Positions 1-9,951 of a DNA stretch of 64,000 bases are shown here, one piece after another (position 1 is the first letter of the stretch; each line of letters begins with the position of its first letter). Location: assembly GCA_016926875.1 (NCBI GenBank), contig JAFGNU010000060.1, positions 468 through 64,467 on the forward strand, given 5' to 3'. The notes below the pieces were generated by a model. That model was not told the origin of the DNA and did no database searches. It was given only the letters and a program-made list of their open reading frames with translations. This DNA is from Anaerolineae bacterium. Its GTDB lineage: Bacteria > Chloroflexota > Anaerolineae > Aggregatilineales > Aggregatilineaceae. The translations under genes and the position numbers were made by a program.

Positions 1-441
1 TACGCATGGGGGTGGGAGTGGACGACCCCGGACGGCTTCTATTTCACCGGTTTAGCAGAAGCGTGGGTGAGTCTCGACGGGTCTATCTATGAGAGCCGCG
101 ACCTGTACGCCCCCGGCGGCGGGTACGTAGCCACAGTTGAACTCTACGCCGAGTGCCCGTCGGGCATCATCGAGATTTACCACAACAGCATCTACGGCGT
201 GCACATGCCCGATCCGGCTGAGCGTGTCCAGGCCAAAGTCCTGTTTGACGTGAACGTCCACTCCGAACCGAACCCGGACGCCGCGATCCCCGGCGCGGTA
301 CTGCTGGCGGGCCAGGACTGGTTTGTGGTTGATTCGGTGGTTGGCACGGATGGCAACCTGTGGTACGAGGTGTTCGTAGGCGGCGCACACAACGGCTTTG
401 TGCCTGCGGCGGTCATGTCCCTGCCTGCGCCACTGCCGTAA
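1..441 (+). CDS. hypothetical protein (5' end outside window), C-terminal SH3b-like domain
   Basis: Frame 1 is open from base 1 (YAWGWEWTTPDGF...) to TAA 439-441. The track ORF begins at an internal GTG (67). The tail GQDWFVVDSVVGTDGNLWYEVFVGGAHNGFVPAAV resembles bacterial SH3 domains. Confidence 0.5.
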   Translation, partial: YAWGWEWTTPDGFYFTGLAEAWVSLDGSIYESRDLYAPGGGYVATVELYAECPSGIIEIYHNSIYGVHMPDPAERVQAKVLFDVNVHSEPNPDAAIPGAVLLAGQDWFVVDSVVGTDGNLWYEVFVGGAHNGFVPAAVMSLPAPLP

Positions 442-536
442 TGGACCGGGATAACCTGAGCACGGAACACAGATCGGGCGCTGTCCAGCCGGGCGGCGCT
501 CGTTTTTGTATTGTTATGTTACAGGTGGCAGCATTA

Positions 537-1547
537 TTACCCGTCAAGCAGTTCGCGGACCGCGCTGCCGAGGTCGATCTCGCGGTGTTGGATGCGCCGG
601 ATCATAGCCTCGATAGCGCCGGGTGAGCGCTCCGCGATCAGGCGGTTGAGCAGCGCTTCACGCAGCCGGTCGGCCAGCTCGGCCTCGATACGCTGGCGCT
701 CGCGGTCCTGGATCACGCCGGACTCGCGCAGGTGGGCGCGGTGTTGATCGATGGCATCGACCAGCGAGTCCAGCCCGTTGTGTTCGGTGGCGACCGTCTC
801 GATGATCGGCACCTGCCAGAAATCGTATTCCGGTTCGGATGGCTCGCCGCCGCGCTGAGGGTTGATCTGGCCGTGATGGTGGATGGTGCGCAGCCGGTGC
901 CCCGTGTCGAGCATGGCGCGCAGCGCGCGGACCGCGTTTTGAGCGCCGGGGCGGTCCGTTTTGTTGACGACCAGGATGTCCGCGATTTCGAGAATGCCCG
1001 CCTTGATGGCCTGCACGTCGTCGCCCATGCCGGGCGCGTCGATCACGATGGTTGTGTAGGCGGTGCGAGCGATGTCCACTTCACTCTGGCCCGCGCCGAC
1101 CGTTTCGATCAGCACGGTATCAAAGCCCGCCGCATCCAGTACGCGGACCACGTCGCCGGTTGCGGCGGCCAGTCCGCCCAGGCTGCCCCGGCTCGCCATG
1201 CTGCGGATAAAGACGCCCTTATCACCTGCCAGGTCACGCATACGGATGCGGTCGCCCAGCACGGCCCCGCCGCTGAACGGGCTGGTCGGGTCTACGGCCA
1301 CGATGCCAACCGTCTGCCCCCGCGCGCGGAGTTCGCGGGTCAGCGCGTTGACAACGGTCGATTTGCCGGTGCCCGGCGCCCCGGTGATTCCGACCAGGTA
1401 CGCACGCCCGGTGTGCGGGTAGAGCAGGGCGAGCGCTTCAGCGGCGCCCGGCGCCCGGTTCTCGATGAGGGTGATCAGCCGGGCCAACGCGCGGCGGTCG
1501 CCTGCCAGCAGGTTCTGGACGAGTGTTTTGGCCTGGTGGGTCATCAT
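537..1547 (-). CDS. meaB: methylmalonyl-CoA mutase-associated GTPase MeaB (ArgK family)
   Basis: P-loop GITGAPGTGKST, switch DPTSPFSGGAVLGDRIRM, ETVGAGQSE and VVNKTD. Lies 10 nt downstream of the mutase B12-binding subunit gene on the same strand. Confidence 0.9.
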   Translation of the reverse strand: MMTHQAKTLVQNLLAGDRRALARLITLIENRAPGAAEALALLYPHTGRAYLVGITGAPGTGKSTVVNALTRELRARGQTVGIVAVDPTSPFSGGAVLGDRIRMRDLAGDKGVFIRSMASRGSLGGLAAATGDVVRVLDAAGFDTVLIETVGAGQSEVDIARTAYTTIVIDAPGMGDDVQAIKAGILEIADILVVNKTDRPGAQNAVRALRAMLDTGHRLRTIHHHGQINPQRGGEPSEPEYDFWQVPIIETVATEHNGLDSLVDAIDQHRAHLRESGVIQDRERQRIEAELADRLREALLNRLIAERSPGAIEAMIRRIQHREIDLGSAVRELLDG

Positions 1548-1556
1548 GCGGGGCGG

Positions 1557-1958
1557 CTACCGGTCCTTGAGCGTGCGCTTGATATGCTGCACGGTGTCGT
1601 CGGTATTGGTGCCGGGACCAAAAACCGCGCTGACGCCCATCTCGATCAGCCTGGGAATATCTTCATCGGGGATGATGCCGCCGACGACGATCATCACGTC
1701 GTCCAGCCCTTCGCCGCGCAGCAGTTCGATCACGCGCGGAACCAGCGCCATATGCGCCCCGCTGAGGATCGACAGGCCGACAACGTCCACGTCTTCCTGT
1801 AAAGCGGCTTCGGCGATCATCTCCGGCGTCTGGCGCAGGCCGGTGTAGATCACTTCCATCCCGGCATCCCGCAGAGCGCGCGCGACAACTTTCGCGCCCC
1901 GGTCGTGCCCGTCCAGGCCGGGCTTGGCGATCAAGACACGGATTTTTTCTTCGCTCAT
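1557..1958 (-). CDS. methylmalonyl-CoA mutase small subunit (cobalamin-binding domain)
   Basis: [43 protein letters not shown] contains the DxHxxG B12-binding motif. I prefer the ATG at 1958 because GGAG lies 7 nt upstream; the ORF is open to 1979. Confidence 0.88.
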   Translation of the reverse strand: MSEEKIRVLIAKPGLDGHDRGAKVVARALRDAGMEVIYTGLRQTPEMIAEAALQEDVDVVGLSILSGAHMALVPRVIELLRGEGLDDVMIVVGGIIPDEDIPRLIEMGVSAVFGPGTNTDDTVQHIKRTLKDR

Positions 1959-2142
1959 GCTATTCTCCATCGTGTGCATTCATGCCCGCGATTGTACCGC
2001 AAACCGTGCCGCGCGTGAATGTATGGTTTGTGTGAAAATCGGGCCTGGCGGCGGCAGCAAATGGGTGAACAGCCCGGTTGTGTGATAAAATGCAGGTGAT
2101 CGAATTAATCAAACGCAAATCTGCCTGGCCGGAGCGAATTGA

Positions 2143-5100
2143 ATGCAGGCTTCACCCTATTCTCATCGCGTTCGAGATCATCTGCCCGGAATCCTCGCCA
2201 CGGCGGCGGCGCTGCTGGTGGCCGGGGTGCTGCTGATCGGGTATGCCGACGCGGCATACGAATGGACCCGGCAGCCGTTCATGGGCTTTTTGCCGTCGCG
2301 CACGCTCGAAGTGACCGATGCCGGACCGCTGACCGATGTCGAATGGCCCGTGCTGCGTGCCGGGCTGGTGTCCGGCGACCGGCTGACCAAGCTGGGCGAC
2401 GTGGCCCTGGGCGATCTGCCGCCCGAAGAACGCCTGGAAGCGTTCAACGAGGCGCTGTTGTCCTATGATGTGGGCGACACGGTAGCGTTTCGTTTTGAGC
2501 GCGACGACGCAGTCAGCGCCGCGACCCCACCGGGCGCGTTTTGCGTGGAGAGCGACGGGCCTGGGCTGCGCCAGTGTGACCTGACGGTTGAGCTGATCGA
2601 TATGCCGTCCGGCGATATGATCAGCTATTTTGTGGCGGGGTGGACGGCGGCGGCGGTGCTGTGGTTGATCGCAGTGATGCTGTTGGTGCGGCGCGGTAAC
2701 AGCCCGCTGGTGCGCCATATCGTGCTGGTGTCGGCGGCGGTGTCGGTGTACCTGGGGGGCGCGTTTGACGCGATCAGCACGTACCAACTGGTGCTGCCCT
2801 GGCTGGCAGCGACCTGCCTGGCTGGCGGCCTGAGCGTCGTGTTTGCGCTGGAGTTCCCCTATCATTTTGCAGCCGTCCAGCGCACGCCTGCGCTGTTGTG
2901 GGCGCCTGCCGTTGTGGCCGCCGTGATGGGCGGGGTTGGCGTAATGTTTTATTTCTCGTCCAATACGGGCCTCAGCGATAAATCGGGCACGTTTGTCGAG
3001 GGTATGCTGGTGCTGGGCGTGTTGATCCTGGCCGGGACGATGATCTGGCGACGGTCGCGCTCGGTGTCGCCGGTGGCTCGCAACCAGAGCACGGTGGTGC
3101 TGATCGGCGTGCTGCCTGCGCTGCTGGCGTCGATTGCCTGGATCGGTTGGGAGTTGATCAGCGGGGAAATGGTGAGCAGCAGCTTGCAGATATTTTACCG
3201 CGTGCTGCCGGTATTATTCCCCTTGAGCGTGATGTACGCCATATCCCAGTTCCGGCTGGTGGATACCGACCGCCTGATCACGCAGAGCACGCTGTACGGG
3301 CTGCTGCTGGGGCTGTTGGTGCTGAGCTATTGGCTGGCCGTGGCCGGGATCGCGCTGTTGATCGGCAGCAGCACGCGCGAAACGGCGCTCAGCCCGGTGT
3401 TGATCGCGGTGTCGATCCTGGTGATCGCCACGTTGTTTATGCCGCTGCGTACATTCCTCCAACACCAGATCGAGGCGGCGTACTTCCGCGCGCGGCGTGT
3501 GTACCAGCGCTACCTGGAACGTTTTTCCCGCGAGATAACGAACGCCGTCACGCTTAAAGACGTGGTGGCACTGGTCCAGCACTACCTGGACGATACGCTG
3601 GCGCCGGTGCATATTATGGTGTTTGTGCGCGATAACGTCACGCACGAATACCGCTGCGAGCCTGATCCCGAAAACGGGCAGCGCGCCACCGACATCATTT
3701 TTTCGGAAGACAGCGGACTGGTTCGTTACCTGCGCGATCAAGCCAGCCTGTTATACCTGGAAGAAGGCAGCCCGCTGCCGCTGGACGTGGTCAGTGACCG
3801 CGCGCGGTTGGCCGTGCTGGGCGCGCCGGTCATTGTCCGGCTGCGGGGCCAGCGTGTACTGAACGGGTTTGTCGCCATCGGCCCGCGCCAGAGCGGCGCC
3901 GCCTATGTACACGAGGACCTGCGGTTTATCGAGGGTCTGGGCGACCAGGTGGCGCTGGCGGTTGAGCGCGCGCAGGTGGTAGACGACCTGGCACGCCGTG
4001 TGCGTGTGCAGGACGTACTGAGCCAGGTCAGCCGCGCGCTGAACTTTGCCATCGACTTTGATACGCTGCTCGAACTGGTGTATGCGCAGATCAGCCGCGT
4101 GATTGACGTGCCAAACTTTTACATCGCGCTGCGGCTGCCCAACATGGATGAACTGTCCTACGTGTTTTATAACGAGGGCGACGAGCGTATTGCGTCGATG
4201 GAAGGGCAGCGCTGGCGCATCGGGCGCGACCTGATGAGCGAGATCGCCCGCACGCGGCAGACGATCCGCACCGATGATTATGTGCGCGAGACGCTGACGC
4301 GCGATCCCAACGCCCGGCTGGACAACTCGAACCTGAAAGCCTGGATGGGCGTACCGCTGCTGGCGGACGCGGGCGGGGGTGTGCTGGGCGTGATGGTAGC
4401 GGCCACGACCGAACCGGGGATCAATTTTACCGACGAGCAGCAAGAGCTGTTCTGGGACATTGCCAACCTGGCGGCCAGCGCAATCGACAGGCTGCAACTC
4501 TTTGATAAGATGCAGCAGCGTGCGCGCCAGCTCAGCGCCATCAACGAGATCGCCAGCCAGATGTCCGCCGAGATGGGCGACGTGGACCGCCTGCTGCAAA
4601 TGATCACCGAGAGCGCCGTTCAAATTCTTGGCGCCGAGGCAGGCAGCCTGCTGCTGGTAGATGCGGAAACCGGCGACCTGGAATTTCACGCGGTGGTAGG
4701 CGGCGGCGGGCAGGAATTGATCGGGACGCGCATCCCCGCCGGGAGCGGGTTGGTCGGGGCGGCGGCGCAGCGCCGCGCGCCGATCATCGTCAACGATCCC
4801 ACACGTGACTCGCGCTGGTATGGCGATGTGCATTCTGAAGACGGCGAGCACGCCGTGCCGGTTGAAAAGTCTTCCGGCGATGGGTTCCGCTCGACTGCGA
4901 TCCTGTCGGTGCCGCTGCTGGCGCAGGGCCGTGCGATTGGTGTGCTGCAAACGCTGAACAAAACAGACGGCGGCATTTACGTTCAGGACGACGCCGACCT
5001 GCTCGAAACATTCGCCGGGCAGGCAGCCATCGCCATCGAGAACGCGCGCCTGTTTGATATGACCGACCAGCAGCTTGCCTTGCGCGTGCAAGAACTGGAC

Positions 5101-6336
5101 ACCATGCAGCGCATCGACCAGGAGCTAAACCGCACGCTCAACTTTGACAAGGTGGTTGACATCACGATGGACTGGGCGCTGCGCAAAAGTGGCGCGTCGG
5201 CGGGTGCGCTGCTCATGATCGACCGCGAAGAAGACGATCCTCAGGTGATCGCTTCCTACGGCTATGCAGAAGGCCCACTGCTGACCGGGCAGGTCTACCC
5301 CCGGAACCGGGGTACAGTCGGGCGGCTGGTCCGCTCCGGGCAGCCCTCGCTGATCACAGATGTGAGCATTGACCCGGACTATGTCGAATCATTTCCCGGT
5401 TGTGTCGCACAGTTGATCGTGCCGCTGTTCAGCGCCAACCGGGTGATCGGCGTGATCATTCTCGAAAGCGAGCGCGACGGCGAACTTGGCCTGCTCGATC
5501 TCGACTTTGTGGCCCGTCTGGCCGAACACGCCAGCCCGGCAATCGTCAACTCGCAGTTATTTGAGGAGTTGGAACGCGCCAACCAGGCCAAGAGCGAGTT
5601 TGTCAGCTTTGTGGCGCACGAACTGAAAAACCCCATGACCAGCATGAAGGGCTACACCGACCTGCTGCTCAAGGGCGTGGTGGGGCCGGTCAACGAGCAG
5701 CAGTCCGACTTCCTGTCTACCATCTTCAAGAACGTGGGGCGCATGGAGACGCTGGTCAGCGATCTCAATGACCTGACCAAGCAGGAAACGAACAACCTGC
5801 GCCTGGAGATTTTCCCGGTAGACTTCCGTATGATCATGATGGAAACACTGCGCACGCACCAGCGCCAGATCGAAGAGAAGAGCCAGGAACTGGTTATCGA
5901 GATTCCGCAAGACCTGCCGCTGGTGATGGGCGATCAGAATCGCCTGATCCAGGTGATTACCAACTTTATCTCCAATGCGAACAAGTATACGCAGCCGGGC
6001 GGCATGATCACGATTTGCGCCGAGGTGACACGCAATACCTGGGACCCGCAGGGCGCGCCGGAAGTCGTCCACTGCTACGTGGCCGACAACGGCATCGGGA
6101 TGACCGGGGAAGACCTCGATCAGTTGTTCACGCCGTACTTCCGCAGCGACAACCCCAAGACGCGCGAGCAGCCGGGCACCGGCCTCGGCCTGACGATCAC
6201 GCGCGGGCTGATCGAACTGCACGGCGGGCGCGTCTGGGTAGAAAGCGCGCTGGGGACCGGCTCGACATTTCACTTCACTATACCGGTGGCAAGCGAAGAG
6301 ATGCAGGTGGAATATTCCGCGTCCGGGTCGTCGTAG
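2143..6336 (+). CDS. large membrane sensor histidine kinase (PDZ-like loop, polytopic region, multiple GAF domains, HisKA + HATPase_c)
   Basis: H-box FVSFVAHELKNPMTSMKGY; N/G boxes FISNANKYT, DNGIGM and GTGLGLTI. At least three GAF-like segments and about 10 hydrophobic helices in residues 20-430. SD GGAGCG lies before the ATG at 2143. Confidence 0.85.
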   Translation: MQASPYSHRVRDHLPGILATAAALLVAGVLLIGYADAAYEWTRQPFMGFLPSRTLEVTDAGPLTDVEWPVLRAGLVSGDRLTKLGDVALGDLPPEERLEAFNEALLSYDVGDTVAFRFERDDAVSAATPPGAFCVESDGPGLRQCDLTVELIDMPSGDMISYFVAGWTAAAVLWLIAVMLLVRRGNSPLVRHIVLVSAAVSVYLGGAFDAISTYQLVLPWLAATCLAGGLSVVFALEFPYHFAAVQRTPALLWAPAVVAAVMGGVGVMFYFSSNTGLSDKSGTFVEGMLVLGVLILAGTMIWRRSRSVSPVARNQSTVVLIGVLPALLASIAWIGWELISGEMVSSSLQIFYRVLPVLFPLSVMYAISQFRLVDTDRLITQSTLYGLLLGLLVLSYWLAVAGIALLIGSSTRETALSPVLIAVSILVIATLFMPLRTFLQHQIEAAYFRARRVYQRYLERFSREITNAVTLKDVVALVQHYLDDTLAPVHIMVFVRDNVTHEYRCEPDPENGQRATDIIFSEDSGLVRYLRDQASLLYLEEGSPLPLDVVSDRARLAVLGAPVIVRLRGQRVLNGFVAIGPRQSGAAYVHEDLRFIEGLGDQVALAVERAQVVDDLARRVRVQDVLSQVSRALNFAIDFDTLLELVYAQISRVIDVPNFYIALRLPNMDELSYVFYNEGDERIASMEGQRWRIGRDLMSEIARTRQTIRTDDYVRETLTRDPNARLDNSNLKAWMGVPLLADAGGGVLGVMVAATTEPGINFTDEQQELFWDIANLAASAIDRLQLFDKMQQRARQLSAINEIASQMSAEMGDVDRLLQMITESAVQILGAEAGSLLLVDAETGDLEFHAVVGGGGQELIGTRIPAGSGLVGAAAQRRAPIIVNDPTRDSRWYGDVHSEDGEHAVPVEKSSGDGFRSTAILSVPLLAQGRAIGVLQTLNKTDGGIYVQDDADLLETFAGQAAIAIENARLFDMTDQQLALRVQELDTMQRIDQELNRTLNFDKVVDITMDWALRKSGASAGALLMIDREEDDPQVIASYGYAEGPLLTGQVYPRNRGTVGRLVRSGQPSLITDVSIDPDYVESFPGCVAQLIVPLFSANRVIGVIILESERDGELGLLDLDFVARLAEHASPAIVNSQLFEELERANQAKSEFVSFVAHELKNPMTSMKGYTDLLLKGVVGPVNEQQSDFLSTIFKNVGRMETLVSDLNDLTKQETNNLRLEIFPVDFRMIMMETLRTHQRQIEEKSQELVIEIPQDLPLVMGDQNRLIQVITNFISNANKYTQPGGMITICAEVTRNTWDPQGAPEVVHCYVADNGIGMTGEDLDQLFTPYFRSDNPKTREQPGTGLGLTITRGLIELHGGRVWVESALGTGSTFHFTIPVASEEMQVEYSASGSS

Positions 6337-6387
6337 CTGCTCTGGCGCAGCACACACCCGGACAGTAACGTAGAAGGGAGCAGGGGA

Positions 6388-6612
6388 ATGTCTACGCGAG
6401 GAATCTACAACCGGGCAGGCGAACCATTCGGCTATCTGGAAGGCAGCCGCACCTACGATCTAAACGGCAATCAGACCGGCGTGGTACGCGAGCAGGTCAT
6501 CTACGATATGGACGGCAACCGGCGCTGGCAGTTGGACGGTGACGCGGTCCTGGACCCGCGCGGCAACGTGATCGGGTACCTGGGCGAGCGCGTTTCCCAC
6601 GGGGAGTGGTAA
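6388..6612 (+). CDS. small hypothetical protein made of four ~15-aa Gly/Tyr repeats
   Basis: SD GAAGGGAGCAGGGG before the ATG. Repeats: IYNRAGEPFGYLEG / TYDLNGNQTGVVRE / IYDMDGNRRWQLDG / VLDPRGNVIGYLGE. Confidence 0.5.
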   Translation: MSTRGIYNRAGEPFGYLEGSRTYDLNGNQTGVVREQVIYDMDGNRRWQLDGDAVLDPRGNVIGYLGERVSHGEW

Positions 6613-6713
6613 GACCATCAAGCAGTACCAATGCTGGCTTTGTGACATAAACAACCGGGCGGCGCCTGTTGGCGGGCTGCTGCTGGTGCATACAACGATT
6701 GGACAGAATAACC

Positions 6714-7205
6714 ATGGCTGATGAGATCAAGAAGCTGAACTCGATGCGCTTTTTGGAGGCGCAGGGGGTTGAATACGAGACGTTTACCTACGATGCCGGT
6801 ATTCGAGACGGGGTTGGCGCGGCAGAGGCGATGGGGCTGCCGCCGTCAGAGGTGTATAAGACGCTGGTGGTGTTATTGAAGGACGGCGAGCACGCGCTGG
6901 TGATGATCGCATCCGACCGCGCACTTGATCTCAAGCAGTTGGCGCGCTCAATCGGCCAGAAACGGGCCAACATGATCCCCAAGCGCGGGGCCGAAGCCGT
7001 TACCGGGCTAAAGACCGGCGGCATCGGGGCGCTGGCGTTGACGCATAAGCGCTGGGGCGTCTACCTGGACCAGGCGGCTACTGAGCATGAGCACATCCTG
7101 GTCAACGCCGGACAGCGCGGCGTGAACTTAAAGGTGAAAGTTGACGATCTGGTTCGTGTCCTGAACGCCAAAGTGGTTGACGTGTCGCGGCCCGCTGCCG
7201 GGTAA
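6714..7205 (+). CDS. ybaK: YbaK/EbsC-type Cys-tRNA(Pro) deacylase
   Basis: MADEIKKLNSMRFLEAQGVEYETFTYD..., GGIGALAL and LVNAGQRG show the YbaK/ProX editing-domain layout. The ATG at 6714 fits family length better than the ORF start at 6669. Confidence 0.8.
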   Translation: MADEIKKLNSMRFLEAQGVEYETFTYDAGIRDGVGAAEAMGLPPSEVYKTLVVLLKDGEHALVMIASDRALDLKQLARSIGQKRANMIPKRGAEAVTGLKTGGIGALALTHKRWGVYLDQAATEHEHILVNAGQRGVNLKVKVDDLVRVLNAKVVDVSRPAAG

Positions 7206-7268
7206 CCGGTCGCCAGGCGTGGCCGGGCGTAACCGAATACGTATAGATGGGGCGAGGGGGAGCAGTCA

Positions 7269-7676
7269 ATGAATGTTTTCCGCAGGGGACGGCGATTATC
7301 GCAGGGTGATCACCCGCCCGATCGACGCGCTAATTCGGTCGACCCGGTAGGCTATAACCCGGGCCGCGACGAGTACCTGTTCTGGCTGACCGGGGACGGG
7401 TATATCGTCGCGCAGGATGTCGCCTGCCAGCACGAATATGTGCAGCAAACGCCCTGCGATCACTGCGGCGGGGAACTGGTGATTGTCGCCCACCTGAATC
7501 GAGCCGGACAGGGACTCAGCGAACTGGTGACCGTGTGTGGAGAGTGTCATCAGCGCGCCAACTTCATCTTTGACATCAGCAACAACGTGTACCAGGCCTG
7601 GTGGGCCGACCAGCTTGGCCCGCTGTACATCCAGCAGTACGACGGGGACCCGCGCGAACCGGTTCACCCGGCGTAA
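7269..7676 (+). CDS. hypothetical protein with CxxC...CxxC motif
   Basis: SD GGGGGAG before the ATG. CDHCGGEL ... CGECHQ suggests a zinc ribbon. I recognise no family. Confidence 0.45.
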   Translation: MNVFRRGRRLSQGDHPPDRRANSVDPVGYNPGRDEYLFWLTGDGYIVAQDVACQHEYVQQTPCDHCGGELVIVAHLNRAGQGLSELVTVCGECHQRANFIFDISNNVYQAWWADQLGPLYIQQYDGDPREPVHPA

Positions 7677-7699
7677 ACGCGGGTAGTGGGAAGACAATC

Positions 7700-7729
7700 A
7701 CGGGGCTGTCCCATCTGGAGCAGCCCCGT
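7700..7729. terminator. hairpin between convergent genes (possible bidirectional terminator)
   Basis: ACGGGGCTG (7700-7708) pairs perfectly with CAGCCCCGT (7721-7729). The T-run is weak. Confidence 0.35.
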
Positions 7730-7741
7730 TGTACGTATGGC

Positions 7742-8419
7742 CTAACCGGTGGAGATGTAGCGCCGCAGCTTGCCCGCCAGGTTGCTGAGCGGCATGGTTT
7801 GCAGCCAGACTTTGCCCGGCCCGGTGATCGTCGCCAGGAACAGCCCTTCTCCCCCGGCGAAGATATTCATCACGCCCTTGACCATCTGCACATCATAGTT
7901 GCAGGTCGGCTCGTACATGGCGATGTGACCGGGATCGATCTTCAACTGCTCACCGGCTTTGAGGTCGACCATCTGCACTTCGCCCGCGATCTCGACAAAC
8001 GCCAGGCCGGGACCGGTCAGCTTTTGCAGAATAAACCCCTCGCCGCCAAACAGGCCAGAGCCAAGCTTGCGGCGGAAATGCATTTCCAGGTCAACCGATT
8101 CTTCCGCGCACATGAAGGCGTCTTTCTGACAGATCATGCTGTGTCCGGCGCGCAGGTTCAGCGGGATGACTTTGCCGGGCGCTTCCGGGGTGAACGTGAT
8201 CATGCCCTGGGGAACTGTGCAGGTATAGGTTGTCATAAACATACTTTCACCGGCCAGCTTGCGCCCGATCATCTTGCCCAGGCCGCCTTTGCCGCTGGTT
8301 TTCATGTCGATGCCGCCGCTCATCCACGCCATACCGCCGGATTCGGTGTAGATCGATTCGCCCTGCGTCAGCGTCACTTCGAGCGCCTGCATCACGGTAC
8401 CGTGAATCGTGTATTCCAT
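7742..8419 (-). CDS. AIM24/TIGR00266 (DUF124) family protein
   Basis: MEYTIHGTVMQALEVTLTQGESIYTESGGMAWMSGGIDMKT... and FGGEGFILQKLTGPGLAFV are typical of the AIM24 family. Confidence 0.8.
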   Translation of the reverse strand: MEYTIHGTVMQALEVTLTQGESIYTESGGMAWMSGGIDMKTSGKGGLGKMIGRKLAGESMFMTTYTCTVPQGMITFTPEAPGKVIPLNLRAGHSMICQKDAFMCAEESVDLEMHFRRKLGSGLFGGEGFILQKLTGPGLAFVEIAGEVQMVDLKAGEQLKIDPGHIAMYEPTCNYDVQMVKGVMNIFAGGEGLFLATITGPGKVWLQTMPLSNLAGKLRRYISTG

Positions 8420-8575
8420 CCTGTTATTCTCCTACTTGACGGATCAAACTGAGGTTGTAGCGAATTCTACCATGACCGCGCAGGTGGAGCGAGTGAGGGC
8501 AGGACAGAAGAACTCAGGGGCGCACCCGGTATGGTACGCCCCCGCGAACAAACAAAACTGCGGCGGCTGCCGGTA

Positions 8576-9754
8576 TTACATCAGGAACATCGGCATACCG
8601 AAGACGTGGCGCACCTTCGGGCGGTACTGGCCCACGTCGTACAGTTCGGCCACGTTCACGCGCTTGACACCCTGCATGATGGTGCTCATGTTGATGTCTG
8701 TGTACAGGCCGCGCTGCAACGCGACCATCCGCCCAAAGCGCCCCTGCTCAACCAGGCTCATCGCCATCTGCGCATAGTTGGCCGCGACCATCAGGTCCAG
8801 CGAATCCGGCGCGCCGGAGCGCATCAGGTAGGCCACCTGCTGGTAGATGATGCTCTGCTTGGTCAGGTCTTTGAGCATACTACCGACCACTGCGCCAATA
8901 CCGCCCAGCTTTTGATGCCCGAAGGCGTCGGCTTCACCGCTCTGGATGATCTCGCCCTCAATCAGGCGCGCGCCTTCAGACACGGTCAGCATGGCGTAAT
9001 TGCTGGGGTTTTCAAGCTTGTCTTCCATGATCAGCTCGGCCAGGCGTTTCGGGTCGAACGGCACTTCGGAGATCAGCGCGCGATCCACGCCCGCCAGATA
9101 GGCCGCGATCAGTGACGTCTCGCCGGAATTGCGCCCGAACAGCTCGACCACAGCGATACGCTCATGTGACCCGGAGCTGGTACGCAGGTTGTGGATGAAC
9201 TGGACGGAGCGCGTCACGGCAGTTGAGAAGCCGATGCAGTAGTCGGTGCCGTAGACGTCGTTGTCCATCGTCTTGGGGATGGCGACAACTTTCATACCTT
9301 CACGGTGCATACGCTCGCCATAACTCAGCGTATCGTCACCGCCGATCGGGATCAGCACGTCGATCCCCAGGTGTCCGAGCACTTTCATCACGTGTTCGGT
9401 ATAATCGCCGACGTCACGGTCGTGCTTGTCTTTGTGGTGCGGCACTTCCATATCGGCCAGGTGTTCCGGCACGCGGTCGAGCAGCACATTGTTGGGGTTG
9501 GTCCGCGACGTATGCAAGAAGGTACCGCCCGAACGGTCAACCTTGCGCACGTCCTGCTTGTCCAGCGGGATCACCCACTTGGCGATCTTTTCCTTGTCTT
9601 TTTCGGCCAGGTCGTAATCCAGCAGCCCGGCCCAACCGCGCCGGATGCCGTATACCTTGTGCCCCGCATCTACCGCGCGGTTAACAATTTGCTTGATGCA
9701 CGGGTTCAGGCCCGGAACGTCACCGCCGCCCGTGAGCACGCCAATACGTAACAT
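8576..9754 (-). CDS. pfp: 6-phosphofructokinase, pyrophosphate-dependent type by signature residues
   Basis: [26 protein letters not shown] has Asp where E. coli PfkA has Gly104. PKTMDNDV has Lys where PfkA has Gly124. Strong SD AGGAGGATGA. Confidence 0.8.
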   Translation of the reverse strand: MLRIGVLTGGGDVPGLNPCIKQIVNRAVDAGHKVYGIRRGWAGLLDYDLAEKDKEKIAKWVIPLDKQDVRKVDRSGGTFLHTSRTNPNNVLLDRVPEHLADMEVPHHKDKHDRDVGDYTEHVMKVLGHLGIDVLIPIGGDDTLSYGERMHREGMKVVAIPKTMDNDVYGTDYCIGFSTAVTRSVQFIHNLRTSSGSHERIAVVELFGRNSGETSLIAAYLAGVDRALISEVPFDPKRLAELIMEDKLENPSNYAMLTVSEGARLIEGEIIQSGEADAFGHQKLGGIGAVVGSMLKDLTKQSIIYQQVAYLMRSGAPDSLDLMVAANYAQMAMSLVEQGRFGRMVALQRGLYTDINMSTIMQGVKRVNVAELYDVGQYRPKVRHVFGMPMFLM

Positions 9755-9796
9755 ACTAATTCATCCTCCTGTCAATAATGGTTACACCGGGTTGAA

Positions 9797-9818
9797 TCAG
9801 GCAGGCATGCCCGCCTGA
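9797..9818. repeat. imperfect palindrome upstream of pfp (possible operator or terminator remnant)
   Basis: TCAGGCAGGC AT GCCCGCCTGA has one mismatch. It lies 43-64 nt upstream of the pfp ATG. Confidence 0.3.
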
Positions 9819-9951
9819 AAATCGGCCAATGGCTACAAGCTGCCTTTATCCCGCGGTGATTATACCAACCCGTTGGCATCTGTGCTGTTGACATTTATCA
9901 CAAATCCGGCAGTCTGCCAGCGAGCGGCCTAACGGTAACAGGCGGCACGAG

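Noticed and set aside
478-515. Possible intrinsic terminator between the convergent SH3-like gene and meaB (a GC-rich segment followed by GTTTTTGTATTGTT).
   Set aside because: I could not define a convincing stem by eye, so I did not report it as a feature.
3751-5091. Long antisense ORF (446 aa) inside the sensor kinase gene. Similar mirror ORFs are at 732-1802, 2152-2865, 5557-6357, 14967-16385, 15877-16734, 25648-26619, 29790-30734, 31598-32803, 36167-37228, 42593-44077, 46852-48576, 50578-52173 and 52335-53870.
   Set aside because: They lie opposite or out of frame to ORFs with clear family motifs. Their composition is Arg/Ala/Gly/Pro/His-rich and low-complexity, with no SD or recognisable motifs. 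They are typical stop-codon-poor shadow frames of high-GC DNA.
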